A DNA stretch of 64,000 nt from Octopus vulgaris (GCA_951406725.2 OX597833.1:69812001-69876000), one strand, 5' to 3'. Shown: positions 13,841 through 28,264, counted from the first letter of the stretch. Notes: generated by a model not told the origin, from the sequence alone. Translations and numbers: made by a program.

Positions 13841-16127
13841 GCACTATAATAATGAAATCTTTCATTTAAAAACAAAGCGGCATTTTCATGCGATTCAAAC
13901 GATACACATTTAGATCGTTAGATCGATAACCTATCGAATTTTTCCAGTTCATACTTTTAAACATTCTATCGATAAGATTTTTGGAAAAGATTAATTATGA
14001 ACAAAATCGGAAGAAAGTTACCAAATAAAGGTGGACTTGAATTTTGTATGCAAAAAGAACGACAATATAATACTAGACGAGTTATTAATGTTGCGATGGC
14101 GCATTAAGGCAGCATCAATATTTATCAGAGAGATTAAGAAGACGTGGTCAGAATAAACAACGAAGAAATATGTCTAAAAATACTTGGTTCAAAGACAATG
14201 TTTTGTTGTGTGTTTTATTTATTATAATTGCATTTTTATGTGAAGAGATATGCGTGTATATACACACTCACACAAACATACGTATATACAATTATAGTAT
14301 GTATATATGTGTCTGTATATGATTGAGTGTGTTTCTGTGTATGTGTTTGAGTTAGTTTCTGTATGTATGCGTGGGAGTAAACTTCGTTACATTACTTTGC
14401 GCATTTTGGATGTGTGTATACATCAACACAAATTCGTATAAACCCTCAAACAAAATAGTAAATAATATCCTTTTTTTCTTACATAGAGACAACATTTTTG
14501 ATATATAAATTAACTTAAGAACCATGCGAGCAACATATTGCCTTTGAATCAATTATCTTTCTTTACATTAAATAAAAACGCACTCTCTAGCTAACATCGT
14601 GCCATTTTCACTTAGTTACAACCGAATTACTTTTCTCGACTCATTTTTGAACCCTCTCAACTACACCCGGTTTTTCGTGTGTGGCAGCTCTCAATGTGTA
14701 CATGTTACACAAAATCATCGCCTCCAACGGTCTCAATAATCCGGGAGGTCATGCTGCAGATGGCCAAAACTTTCTGTTCGGTTAACCATCTTAAAATTCC
14801 CAAAAGAATTATATCTTTCCAAGCCATGCAGTTTCAGGGTCAAACGTTAAATGTCCACTTTACCTCAGAGGACGAAAATTAGAAAAAGAAATAGCTGAGT
14901 TGCATATCGACTTGAAGCTAACAAGGTCATGTTAACACTTAGTAAACAGGATCACATCATCTCAACATGATGTGACTTCGCTCTGAAATTACAGCTCATG
15001 GACAATCTGGGATGCATCATCAGTAATATTTATGAGGTCTTAGGGATTTTCATGTCTCTCAGGACCAAGCTCTCTTGGGTAGTCAACCCAGCTCGTAGTA
15101 TGGATCAAACCCAGCTTGCATCGCAGTAGAAGCCAATCTCTGCTCTATTCACTTATACAATGTCATGTTAATATAGTAGTGTAGCAAAAGAGATCGATAA
15201 TGTATTAATTTGATTTTCTACAAAATATATACTGGGGTCGATTTGTTCGACTAAACCCTTCAAGCCTGCTCCCTGGCATTGCCGTATTCCAACAGCTGAT
15301 ACAAGAAAAAGAATAATAGAATAATGGAGAGAGAAACACTTGATACATCTACCGACAAATATTGGCAGAATCCTGCGTATTTTTTCCATTGTTAAACTAT
15401 TATCTGTTTATAGCCGAACTTCAGTGATTTATTTACAACTAGGCTTAATGATGGAAATGAGAGTCGACGACTACGTATGCTCCTGGAAACAGTTCAGATC
15501 ACGGTTGCTGACAGACGACTCACAGAAGAATCAGATAACCGACTGCAAAACTCTATTAATAATCCATTTATTTAGGTATGTTTTATCGCGTATGGCATTA
15601 GCGTCAAAGATGAACACCAGATAAGTTCTTGTTTATAGCTATTTATTATGATTTAACGTAGAAATACATCCTTATGTATAAAGACAATATTGTGTGGGTG
15701 TATGTATGCGTGTATATGAGAGAAAACGAGAGAGAGAGGAGGATCAAAAATGGAAGAAATATCAACAAAAAGTGACTTTCGTGTTTTTCTAGCAGTCATT
15801 ACAAGACCATACTTTATGATCCATTGAAACAGAAAAGTGAGGAAGTAGTGGAGAGAATGCAATTATTTCTTTTAGACTAATAACTAAGGGAATGTGAAGC
15901 ACATTTTAGAGATGGGTTCTAAGAGAGAAAACAAGGGAAACACCGTTTTCGACAGAAGAGAAAGTCTTTCCATTCCTTGTGACACGGACGAAAGAGGTTG
16001 CGTAGTGAACCTGGCTGAAAACTTTGGAGACAATAACCTTCCTATGGTGGCAAGACCTTGTGAACCTTTCCACTTGAAGGAGGTGAAGTTAGTAAAGGAG
16101 GAATGCATTATAGGTATTTATGAAAAA

Positions 16128-16352
16128 GGCGGTGAGCTGGCAGAAACGTTAGCGCGCCGGACGAAATGCTTAGCGGTATTTCGTCTGCCGCTACGTTCTG
16201 AGTTCAAATTCCGTCGAGGTCGACTTTGCCTTTCATCCTTTCGGGGTCGATACATTAAGTACCAGTTACGCACTGGGGTCGATGTAATCGACTTAATACC
16301 TATGTCTGTCCTTGTTTGTCCCCTTGTTTAGCCCCTTGTGAGTAATAAAGAA
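16128..16352 (+). mobile_element. SINE family A, full length, with TSD
   Basis: Head ggcggtgagctggcagaa; TSD ataggtatttatgaaaa at 16110-16126 and 16353-16369. Confidence 0.9.
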
Positions 16353-16552
16353 ATAGGTATTTATGAAAACGTTGGATGAGCTTAGGAAAACAGGGGAGTC
16401 TAAATACACGCATTTTGTACCTTGTAAATAGCATACTAATCCAGTCCTTTTTTGGTTTGGCTCCCTCTGGCGCACCCCGGGTGGACAACTTCATTAATGG
16501 GGAGCATTTCCTTGTTGAAAGCTTTGTTTGAATATTATATTTTACATATACA

Positions 16553-16786
16553 GGCGGCGAGGAGCTGGCAGAAACGTTAGCACGCCGGGCGAAAGGCGTA
16601 GCTGTATTTCGTCTGCCGTTGCGTTCTGAGTTCAAATTCCGCCGAGGTCGACTTTGCCTTTCATCCTTTCGGGGTCGATAAATTAAGTACCAGTTACTTA
16701 CTGGGATCGATGCAATCGACTTAATCCCTTTGTCTGTCCTTGTTTGTCCCCTCTGTGTTTAGCCCCTTGTGGGTAGTAAAGAAATA
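16553..16786 (+). mobile_element. SINE family A, full length, with TSD
   Basis: TSD tatattttacatata at 16536-16550 and 16787-16801. Confidence 0.9.
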
Positions 16787-17107
16787 TATATTTTACATAT
16801 AATTTCTGAGGGACTTCGAGAGGTCTTTACGTTCTAAATTCAAATCGCAACGAAGTCAAATTAGACACGCATCATTCCTGGGTCGATAAGTATTTGGGAT
16901 CGATCTAATCGGCCGACCCTTCTCTCCCTAAAATTCCTAATCTGCTGTCACCATTTGAAGCAAATACATTTCATATAATTTATTATATCTCCGTTCTTTT
17001 TGATTTTCTTTTTCATCGACGTAAACCCTACATTCTCTCTTGGTCATTGTGCCGAATAAAAGAAATTACCACTATTATCATCATTATTATCATCATCATT
17101 ATTATTA

Positions 17108-17169
<62 letters not shown>

Positions 17170-17484
17170 GAAATGATTGATTTTCGTCAGGAGAAAATCA
17201 CAACTGACCTAGTAAAGTGTTCGGTTTTGCAGATTTATTGTCGCTTGTTCAATGAAGCTTTTACCCTCAAGCCTGTTATCATTGTTGTCTTTATTCCTAA
17301 GTACATTACTTAATTAGTAACCTACACATGAGTAAATAAATAGCAGATATTAAAATGAAAGACGCGAATTAAATGAATGGCCACCGTGAACAAAAGATGA
17401 TGTTTTAAGACGGTTCGTTACTCTAGCAGCCGTTGTTGTTGTTGTTGTTGTTGTTGCACTTTGTTCTCCTTTTCTTCTTCTACT

Positions 17485-17506
17485 GTATATATATATATAT
17501 ATATGG

Positions 17507-17537
<31 letters not shown>

Positions 17538-17682
17538 CATATATATATACACACATACATATATATATATGTATGTATATATATATATAAATGGTGTATA
17601 TATATATAAATGTATATATATAAATGTATATATATATAAATGGTGTATATAAATATACATATATATATGTATATATATACTC

Positions 17683-17731
<49 letters not shown>

Positions 17732-17749
17732 CATACATACATACATATA

Positions 17750-17813
<64 letters not shown>

Positions 17814-17881
17814 TATGTACGTATATATGAATATGTATATATATATACTCATATATATTTATATATATATGTACGTATATA

Positions 17882-17930
<49 letters not shown>
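17485..17930. repeat. Degenerate (TA)n tract
   Basis: Direct inspection. Confidence 0.9.
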
Positions 17931-17932
<2 letters not shown>

Positions 17933-18097
17933 CAATCACACCATCGACATAGCTTTAAAGCAATTTAAATTATCATTAGACAAATCACATTAACAACAAT
18001 GGAGCGGTGAATGAGATCTTTAAAAAGAAGTGTTCTGTATTTATATTTGTTCAGAGCCGAACTTTCGTTCGTAAAATAAAAAAAAATAATAAATAAA

Positions 18098-18115
18098 GTA
18101 ACAACAACAATAGTG

Positions 18116-18182
<67 letters not shown>

Positions 18183-18204
18183 TAATAATAATAATAATAA
18201 TAAC

Positions 18205-18245
<41 letters not shown>

Positions 18246-18506
18246 TGATGATGATGATAAAGATGTTGATGATGACGATAATTGTTCTCCTATTACTACT
18301 ACTAACAATAATAGTAGTAATAATAATAAGAAGAATAACTACAACAACAACAATAATAATAATAGCAACAACTACAACAACAACAACAATAATAATAATA
18401 ATAACAACAACTACAACAACAATAATAATAATAATGAAAATAATAATAATAATAATAATAATAACAATGACAATGAGAATGGCGATGACGATGACGATGA
18501 TGATGG

Positions 18507-18544
<38 letters not shown>

Positions 18545-18551
18545 GTGGTGA

Positions 18552-18609
<58 letters not shown>
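18098..18609. repeat. Compound (AAT/AAC/GAT)n microsatellite
   Basis: Direct inspection. Confidence 0.95.
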
Positions 18610-18610
<1 letters not shown>

Positions 18611-18952
18611 AAAAAATTTTCTCTTTGGAACTTAATAAATAGTTGAAACTACTTTTCTTGTGATTCCTCTCGCCAATGTCTTCTTGATTATTCTGTGCAT
18701 TGTGAGAACAACAAAAGCCAAGATTCTACAGCACTTAGTTTCCTCGCAAAAGAAAAACAAAGTAAATGGACACTTATTGAAATTTTAATGATTTTTCGGA
18801 CAGCTTCTCCTATAATTCTTCATTATTAAGTTGTTTTGTTTTTTTTTGTTTTGTTTTGTTTTGTTTTTTTTTTGCGTGTGTGTTATTGATCCTGAAATTC
18901 ATTTACTTTCACTTTCTCTTTCGAAGACACACTTTTCCGCGCCCTTTTTCTT

Positions 18953-18983
<31 letters not shown>

Positions 18984-19549
18984 CACTCTATATCACTCAC
19001 ACTTTCTCACTCTCTCTCTCTGTCTCTGTCTCTCTGTCTCTCTCTCACTTTCTCTCTCTCTCTCTCTCCCTCTCTCTCTCTCTTACAAACGTTCACAGAC
19101 ACACACACACACAGAGGCACGCACACACGTATGTATGTGTGTGTGAGAGGAAGACAGAGAAAATATATGTGCGAATGTGTGATCAAATATTTACCTGCAT
19201 GTGTGTGTCTGTGCGTGTGTGTGTCTGTGTGTGTACATGTGTGTGTCTGTGTGTGTGTGTGCGCGCACTTATTTTTTATGACTACGAATGAATTCCAATA
19301 ATTGCGCGCCTTATCACGTGCCTTATACCTTTTGCAAATAATGCATTGGAATGCACACATACACGCAAACACACACACACACACAGACGTATATGTGTGT
19401 GCGTTTGCATGAGTATGTGTGTGTTTGTGTCTGAGAGAGAGAGAGAGAGAGTGAATGAAGGTACCGCGTGCCTTAATGGATTGCTCATGATCGTAAGGAA
19501 ATCAGATCGATTCCCGCTGGAAACGCGTACGCTTCGTGGGAAATACATG

Positions 19550-19662
19550 AAGGGAACGAGTGTCCGTGAAATGTCCAGTCACTTGCACGTGAATTCCATG
19601 AGCAGGCCGTTCCGTTGATTGGATCAACTGAAACTGTTATCGTCGAAGCTGACGGAATACCA
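19550..19662 (+). mobile_element. Degenerate tail of the SINE at 54500-54879
   Basis: cacttgcacgtgaattccatgagcaggccgttccgttgattggatcaac resembles the reverse complement of 54515-54610. Confidence 0.6.
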
Positions 19663-19886
19663 GTTTTCACAGTTTGTTCCTTTGGGGATGAGTATGTGTC
19701 AGTGTGTGTCAGTGTGTTTGCGTGTGCGAGCGTGCGTGTATACTTACCTACATATATACGCACACAATTAAGCATATACATGAAAATTTACACATAAGTT
19801 TTTTTAATAATACAGCATATGTATGTATGTATATATGTATCTATCTATCTATCTACCTATCTATCTTTCTTTGTATCTATCTATCC

Positions 19887-19957
<71 letters not shown>

Positions 19958-19984
19958 CTATTTATCTATCTATCTATATATCTA

Positions 19985-20035
<51 letters not shown>

Positions 20036-20038
20036 ATG

Positions 20039-20114
<76 letters not shown>

Positions 20115-20815
20115 CACAAACACACTGGTGTCGATTTGTTAAACTAAACCCTTGAAAGTGGTGTCCCAGAATTGCTGGCGCAGTGCAATAACATGATCCC
20201 AGTGAAAGAGAATACTCTTGAACATATGTATGTATGTGTGTATGCATCTGTGGTTATATTTGCTTTGTGTCCAACCATCTATTTGTGTCTCTCGCTAGAA
20301 ATATTTATTATTTTTATTCTTATTTTGTTTTTATCATGATTTGTGTGCATTAATATACACACAAATCTATGTGAGTGTGTGTATGCATGTATTTATATCG
20401 GTATATATATATATGGATATGTGTATGTATTTAAAGTTTGCCAATTGAATATGAAAGATGAAAATATTAGTTGTGTTTTATAAGATATATAAAAAAGGAA
20501 AATGGCGGTGCAGCTGAAAAGAAAATGTTGGTGGGCGGGAAAGAAATAAAAAAAGCATTTAAAACAACAAATAGAAGACTTAATAGAATATATTAAAGGT
20601 TATAATAATACCAAAAAAAATGTACAAAAAGACAATACCAAAAAAAAAGAAGAAATTTTCAATGAAACGAAAAAAATTATAAATCGAAAAATAAGACAAT
20701 ATTGAAAAATATATTCCACGAAGAGAATCTACTTTGTGCCATAAGATGTAATTCAAAAAGCTGTTTTTCTTGATGTTGACATTGTTGTTGTTGTTGTTAT
20801 TGTTATTGTTGTTGT

Positions 20816-20847
<32 letters not shown>

Positions 20848-21296
20848 TCTTTATTGCTCTCATTGTTATATTCGGAGATCGTTATTTTTGTCAATGATTT
20901 TATTTGTATTTATGATGGTCGTGTTTTTTTTTTGTTTTTTTGTAATCTTTGTGTGTATGCTAAAAAAAAAATAAATAAATAAACCGCACTACTCCAATCT
21001 ACTTCTATATTACACAAACCCAACCCTAATATAGCTATCCTATAATCGCCGCTTCAGAGATGGACATTCCGTCGAAATTTCCAGATATAGCTTATCTCAA
21101 GTCTACTTTATTCAAATATTCGAGGCCCCGTAGAAACAAATGAGATAGAATGTTATTTGAGTGATGTATGACCGTTATTTCTATCATATCGAACGACCAC
21201 ATAAGGACTACCTCATTCGCCCCTTTCATGTTGGCCCCAGCATCCTTTCTAAAAGCAGTCATATACATATACCTATACATAATAATAATATATATT

Positions 21297-21828
21297 ATAC
21301 TTTTATTCTTTTACTAGTTTCAGTCATTTGACTGCGGCCATGCTGGAGCACTACCTTTAGTCCACCAAATCGACCCCAAGACTTATTCTTTGCAAGCCTA
21401 GTACTCATTCTATCGGTGGAGGCACATGGCCTTGTGGTTAGAGCAGCGGACTCGCGGTCGCAGGATCGCGGGTTCGAATCTCAGACCGGGCAATGTGTGT
21501 GTTTATGAGCGAAAGACCTAAGCTCCACGCAGCTCCGGCAGAAGGTAATGGCGAAATTTCTGCTGACTCCTTCGCCACAACTTTCTCTCACTCTTTCCTC
21601 CTGCATCTTGCAGCTCACCTGCGACGGACCGGCGTCCCGTCCAGGTGGGGTACCTATACGTGAATAAACCGGGAAACCGGCCCTTATGAGCCAGGCATGG
21701 CTCGAGAAGGAGCAACCATTCTATGGTCTCTTTTGTTGATCCGCTAAGTGATGGGAACGTAAACGCACCAGCATCGGTTGTCAAGCGATGTTGAGGGGAC
21801 AAACACAGACACACAACCACATATATAC

Positions 21829-21898
<70 letters not shown>

Positions 21899-22043
21899 CG
21901 GGCTTCTTTCAGTTTCTGCCTACGATATCCGCTCACAAGGCTTTGGTCGGCCCGAGACTATATTAGAAGATACTTGCCCAAGGTGCCACGCAACGGGACT
22001 GAACCCGGAACCATGTGGTTGGGAAGCAAGCTTCTTACCACAC
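21297..22043 (-). mobile_element. SINE family B (host of nested SINE D), internal (TA)n
   Basis: Colinear with 48203-48653 and 50412-50953 once the 21416-21716 insert is removed. Confidence 0.85.
21416..21716 (+). mobile_element. tRNA-derived SINE family D, tail type 1 (possibly octopus OR-type), nested in SINE B
   Basis: A box tggccttgtgg, B box ggttcgaatc; TSD cattctat(c)g at 21406-21415 / 21717-21725. Confidence 0.85.
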
Positions 22044-24279
22044 AAGGCACAATTCATGTACTAAAGCCATATTAAGAGTTTCATATGTTTTGAAAACTCA
22101 AACATATTCTTCAGGCACAAACCCATTATTCACTTTCCGAGTTCGTTTTGCGCCTGAAATATGTTTGTGTTTTCTCAACGTATCAAACTATTGTTCGAAG
22201 TAGATTTCCTTCGTTATTGTTTTGTTTGCGTTTAAAAGTTAAAAGTGGAGTAAACCTTTCATATCCCACCAAACAGATAACAAAATATTATGTGGGTAAA
22301 GACCTTCTTTGGCCTGCTACGCCGATGTTTCTATTTTCCCTATGCACTGTCTTAGGCGCTTAACATTTTAGTAGAAAACCCATTTCTCGTCACCAGTCAC
22401 TATTCGGTGACTTGCCCCTCCGCCTTCTCCAAATTGCTATCCTTGTGCAAATGTTTGAAACCAATATTTCTCGTAAATGAAAACGGCAAGCTAGCAGAAT
22501 CCTCACGGCGTCAGACAAAAAGAAAAATTAATAAATCACGGTATTTACGATATCCCGATATTATTTTCTGAAATTCTCGCAATTAAGTACATACAATATA
22601 CAAGACATTCTATATTCGTATTTTCAGAAGGCAGCTGAGAGAGCTCAAAGTGCGGCATGGATCGTGCTTTCAGAGACAATTTCTGGAAGTCAAGGAAAAC
22701 ATTGCCCATTGATGGATACATTTTATTACGCAACTCGGAACAATTCAAATCGCTTTTGATGTATTTTTCTGATATAACATTATATATATGTTGTTCAATG
22801 TCACTAGAAATCTCACAATCACGCCATTAGGAATTTCTAATTTAGGAACCCTGTCAGCGATTTGGTCAGCAATTTTGCAGTAAAGAACTGTTCTTGACTA
22901 ACGTCCCTATTACTCGACTGGTTTATTTATTTTATCAAACGGTGAAATATGAAAGGCAAACGCCGCCCGCAGCAAAATTTACATCGTAAACTGCCGGAAG
23001 AAATGCTTGTCTGACAATGTTCGTTGTCATCAATAATTAATGTATATCATCCTTTTTTGCCGACTTTCATCGTACACAATGGCGTTCATTGTTCCCTAAA
23101 GGAATAGTTCAACCTTAAGCTTTACCTATTTCACCTTGAACACAGGTAGATCTTGCTAGAGATTCTCTGTCGTAGTCTATGGCATGATAAACACAATAAA
23201 TTTTCTGTTCATCTTGTCCATCTTAGTAGTATATTGGTATTTTATTTTATCGATCGTAATACACTAAGGTTAACCATGGTAAAATTTGAACTCAGAACGT
23301 AAAACAGCGTACGAATATATCACAATGCATTTCTCCAGAGAATTATCTCCAGATAAGTTAAAGGACTATAAATCGCCTTTCAAATCTCTCTAGGGTTTAG
23401 TCTTACTTACTGATTCTGTATTACTGTTAATCTAATTACAAATTATTTTTAATTAGCAGATCGATTCAATGAAATCAAATGATTCTAATGGCAGCTTGGG
23501 AAAAACAGTTTTGTGCGAATCACTTAAGCGTAAAATTATTTATCCTGGCTGTCTTCTACATAATACAACTTAAAAACTGAGAACTTGGTTCTCACGACCA
23601 CAGATCTAGTCGGCAGTTATTATATAAGAATTGCTGTTGCTTGTCTTTCGCCTTCAACTCATTGCTGTTGTATTGAGGGTAGTATACGGTCATTCGGTGT
23701 ATCTTGGTGATATTTAATCCTGGTGGAGCCGATGACTTTCCAGGGCTACTCAGTTGATCCTTCCAAAGGAGAGACAGACAGAAACAAATGATTCGGTAAC
23801 CGGAAGACTCAATCCCAACGTGACAGGAAACCAGTCTATTAGCTGCGAATGGAAGAAAAACAAAGTTGACAGCGATGGTATTTGAACTTAAAGTAGAGAC
23901 ATCCACAACAATTACGGCAAAGGGAGCTATCAAATGCTCTACCCGACTCTGCTAATTGGTTGCCTAAAGTTGATCTCGACTGAGATTCGATTCGATTCTA
24001 AGATAATAGGAAATATTAGTGCAGGCTTCAAAAGCAGCGATCTAACGTTCTGGCAGTGCGCGGTCTTAATATACGGATTTAGAAATAATGATATTGAGCA
24101 GGCGTAGGCGAGACTCTTTGGTTGCGAAACTCAATGTGCATCTCCGAGATTTGCGTTTCAAACCCACTGTATGGTAACTTGGAGAGCCCCAAATACTATT
24201 TTACTCTACCTAAGGGCCGGTCAACGCATTTTCAGCCAATCTAGTAGGAACTAATGTGCATATATATACATTCACTCAC

Positions 24280-24335
<56 letters not shown>

Positions 24336-24474
24336 ATACTTTGATAGGTTTCGGCCATTATTGGCCCAGGCCATGTCTAACTTAATAGCATCACCTGGTG
24401 AAGTCTTTCAAGTCAGAATTTGGGCACTATGGCCCACTCAAGTAGAGAGTTATTGTTTACAGAGACATATCCGG

Positions 24475-24510
<36 letters not shown>

Positions 24511-24580
24511 GTGTTTGTGTGTTTTATATAAAAAATATATATTCATGTATACATCTATATATATGTATATACATATATAA

Positions 24581-24672
<92 letters not shown>

Positions 24673-24714
24673 TCGGTTAAGTAATTGAGATTTATATATA
24701 TATATGTATACAAT

Positions 24715-24945
24715 TTACACTGGATTAAGTATTTCCTGGCGAATAGAACACAACATGCTGTGGTTGATGGAGTTCACTCAGCCCCAGCAAAAGTCACCAG
24801 TCTTGTGCCCGCTCCTTTTTATAATCTACATAAACGACCTTTCCATCGTCATAAATCACTACAAAGTGAAAATATTTGCTGATGACACTAAGCTTCAGCA
24901 AATCATCAATGAAGAAGAAGACCGAACTCAACTCCAGTCTGATCT
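24715..24945 (+). pseudogene. CR1/Jockey-group LINE reverse transcriptase fragment
   Basis: LHWIKYFLANRTQHAVVDGVHS..VTS then (GVPQG deleted) VLCPLLFIIYINDL..KIFADDTKL..LQSDL. Confidence 0.85.
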
Positions 24946-25256
24946 ATATAGAGAGGAAAAGAAATTGTGACGCAGTGTACCTATATGTTGTGATCCAGGA
25001 TTGGACAGGGGACGTATGGCCCGTGACCCCAGCCTATATATTTGTCAGAAGTAGAAAAGTGAAACAAGACACAAAAGATTTGTGAGTTGACACTTGGATC
25101 TGTGTCAATGCACGAAACTCGACTCACTCTCTTGCTAAAGCTAAACATAAATAGATATATATACTCATAATTTGTGTTCTATTTCACTCGTTTGAATCAC
25201 TGTACACTCACACACGTACACACACACATATATATGTATATATATATATATAATAT

Positions 25257-25330
<74 letters not shown>

Positions 25331-25387
25331 TAGTGAATTGAATAAATGGAGTTGAACGAAGATTGAACGAGAAATCCTTTTATTGCA

Positions 25388-25467
25388 TTCTACACGTGTT
25401 TCGAAAGCCACAATTTACCAAATTCCGATTGAATAAAGAGACCATATTGTGTCTTTCTCTTCAGGAA
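25388..25467 (-). ncRNA. Type I hammerhead ribozyme motif, F2
   Basis: Reverse complement of the 26249-26328 motif. Confidence 0.9.
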
Positions 25468-26248
25468 GAAATAGGAATTCCGTTGGCAGAACAAAAACAG
25501 AACAGAGGCGCAGCAAAACAAATCGAACGAGGAGGCTCCTAAGAGCCCATGGCCAAACTGATTATCAATGTATGTTGAAATCGGGTGGTGGGTGCGTTGA
25601 AGATATTTACAGGTCAGGCAGCGGCCAATCCGGTGGGTGAGAGCACGGGGTGCGTAGGTGTTCTTTGTGACCGAGACTGAGGTTCTGACTATTTTAAGAA
25701 TATTAGGTGTATTATATGGGGCGGGACAAAATCTACTTAGAAACATGTGTGTGTGAACTGTTCTATATGTGCGCGGCCGTAAGTTGGTAAAAAGCGCTAC
25801 ACAATGGTCACTGCTGAAAAATCCGTCAGGCGGCAGAAAATATTTTATGTGTTCGTGTGTTCGTCTAATCATGCTTTGTCAAAAAAAACCTCACGTCGTC
25901 AAAACAAAACACCATTCGCCTAATGGGAGTATATCCCCTTATAGAACATATAGAACAGTTCACACACACATGTTTCTAAGTAGATTTTGCCTCGCCCCAT
26001 ATAATACACCTAATATTCTTAAAATAGTCAGAACCTTAGTCTCGGTCACAAAGAACACCTACGCACCCCGTGCTCTCACCCACCGGATTGACCGCTGCCT
26101 GACCTGTAAATATCTTCAACGCACCCACCACCCGATTTCAACATACATTGATAATCAGTTTGGCCATGGGCTCTTAGGAGCCTCCTCGTTCGATTTGTTT
26201 TGCTGCGCCTCTGTTCTGTTTTTGTTCTGCCAACGGAATTCCTATTTC

Positions 26249-26328
26249 TTCCTGAAGAGAAAGACACAATATGGTCTCTTTATTCAATCGGAATTTGGTA
26301 AATTGTGGCTTTCGAAACACGTGTAGAA
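26249..26328 (+). ncRNA. Type I hammerhead ribozyme motif, F2
   Basis: UUC-CUGAAGA-GAAAG.CACAAU..AUUGUG.CUUUC-GAAA-CACGUG-UA-GAA; stem III palindrome ACACGUGU; AAUAAA just downstream. Confidence 0.9.
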
Positions 26329-26540
26329 TGCAATAAAAGGATTTCTGTTCAATCTTCGTTCAACTCCATTTCTTCAATTCACTAATAATATTAAAATTCA
26401 ATTATCCGCACCAACGCACGGTTGCAACACCATATGGTTGTACCTCCAACCGTGCTTTCTTCTGCTGTGATTTTTGCTACCAAGGTATCGGTTAAACTTT
26501 TGATTAATCTGCAACAAGATTATTCATCTTTCTATTTCAC

Positions 26541-26576
<36 letters not shown>

Positions 26577-26858
26577 TATATATATATGCATATATATATA
26601 TGTATATATATGTATATGTATATATGTATATATGTATACATGTATACATGTATATATGTATATAAACATGCATATAGATATATGTTATATGTAGGTATAT
26701 ATATATATATATATATATATATGCATATATAAGTCAATATATATTTGTGTATATGTATATATATATGAGTGTGTGTGTATATGTATGTATACATATATAC
26801 ATATGTATATGTATATATGTGGATATATACATGTATTTATATCTTATGCATATATATA

Positions 26859-26910
<52 letters not shown>

Positions 26911-26947
26911 TATGTACGTGTATATGTATGTATGTTTGATTTTTTTC

Positions 26948-26998
26948 TCCGCTAGGGTTCTTTCGCTATTGCTGATAGTCCAATGGTCCTCAGGCGAA
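26948..26998 (-). ncRNA. Type I hammerhead ribozyme motif, F3 (partly decayed)
   Basis: Minus strand: UUCGC-CUGAGGA-CCAUUG..CAAUAGC-GAAA-GAACCC-UA-GCGGA; 5-bp stem I; lies in a unique block (26935-27395) between TA tracts. Confidence 0.65.
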
Positions 26999-27458
26999 AT
27001 ATAGAAAATTGATATTGGAATATCTCGTAATAAATGGAAAGTGACTAGATTCGAAAACTGCAAAGCCGTCGACAGGAGAGCGATTATATCCAGTTCTATA
27101 ACACGAACTGAGAATATTGGCAAAAATGTCGAACCGGCGCATTTGTTAAGATGTCACATCGACAGGAAGCATTTTGTTGAGTATGGAAGACCACTTATTA
27201 ATTTCAAGACCCCCGCTACATCCACTGCTGAGTGGGGGTAACATGTCATCTGAGACTGACAGCTGTGAGAGACAATAGAGTTAAGATAAACAACTGGAGT
27301 GAATGCAGCACACGCATGTTATTATTCAGATGCTCAAAACCACGGGAGTTGTTAAATTAATATCCGTAAATAATGTTCATTGAAAGCTAACGCAGTTTAT
27401 AGGTGTGTGTATATATGTATGTATATATGTATATATGAATATATATATATATATATAT

Positions 27459-27512
<54 letters not shown>

Positions 27513-27610
27513 GTATATATATACATATATATATGTATATATATATACGCACGCATATATATGAATATATATTTTTACGCATTTCATAACGATATATAAA
27601 TATATTTAGG

Positions 27611-27671
<61 letters not shown>

Positions 27672-28264
27672 ATCTGTATATATATAAGCATATATAAATA
27701 ATATATGAAAATATGCATATGTAAATATACCTATTTATATGTGTCTATGTGTGTGTATTCATATATACATAGAACAATGTAGGCATACAAACATACGAAT
27801 GAATATGCAAACATACACACATGCATATACACACACATATACCTACATACATACATACATACATACATACATACTTACAAGCAAACAAGGAAGTCCTGCT
27901 GAAATGTACGTGTAACCAAATAGCGTGGAGACCGATGCTGTCATAATAACTCCAATACAAAATTTTCGATATTAATTTACTACTCGTATACAATGATTCA
28001 ACTTCCGTTGACTTTCGTACACCATTAATGTAATTTGGTGTATAAATGCTATGGTACGTTTATTTCGCATAACTGAACTTTGTTATATCGCACATACTAA
28101 TATCCGCATGTATATGTGTGCATACATGTGCATATGCGCATTTTTGTGCATATGTATGCATAGGCAGGTATGTATCAATAACAGAACTTTTGCATATCGT
28201 ATGGATATATGTGCACCTAGTAATTATATATATATATATATATAATATATATACACGCTTACAC

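Larger units (their letters stand above)
25328..26544. mobile_element. HHR family F2 element: ~442-bp inverted arms (25328-25770 / 25946-26387), 175-bp spacer, right arm extended to 26544; flanked by (TA)n; PLE/retrozyme-like
   Basis: Arms are reverse complements with only a handful of differences; each carries an HHR; second locus at 61848-62308. Confidence 0.85.

Noticed and set aside
21416-21495. tRNA gene (also heads at 5276, 46269, 54800, 60110)
   Set aside because: A/B boxes present but no complete cloverleaf; each continues into a SINE body
24336-24450. Possible decayed HHR on minus strand (GGCCA..GCCCA..UGGGC..UGGCC-GAAACC)
   Set aside because: Stem II and GAAA present but the CUGANGA box and stem III are broken; not counted
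25081-25130. Half HHR (GUG..UUGACAC/GUGUCAA..CAC-GAAA-CUCGAC-UC)
   Set aside because: No CUGANGA or stem I upstream; not counted
25390-26326. 160-aa and 185-aa ORFs sharing a C-terminus
   Set aside because: The shared part only reflects the inverted repeat; no RT or GIY-YIG motif recognised
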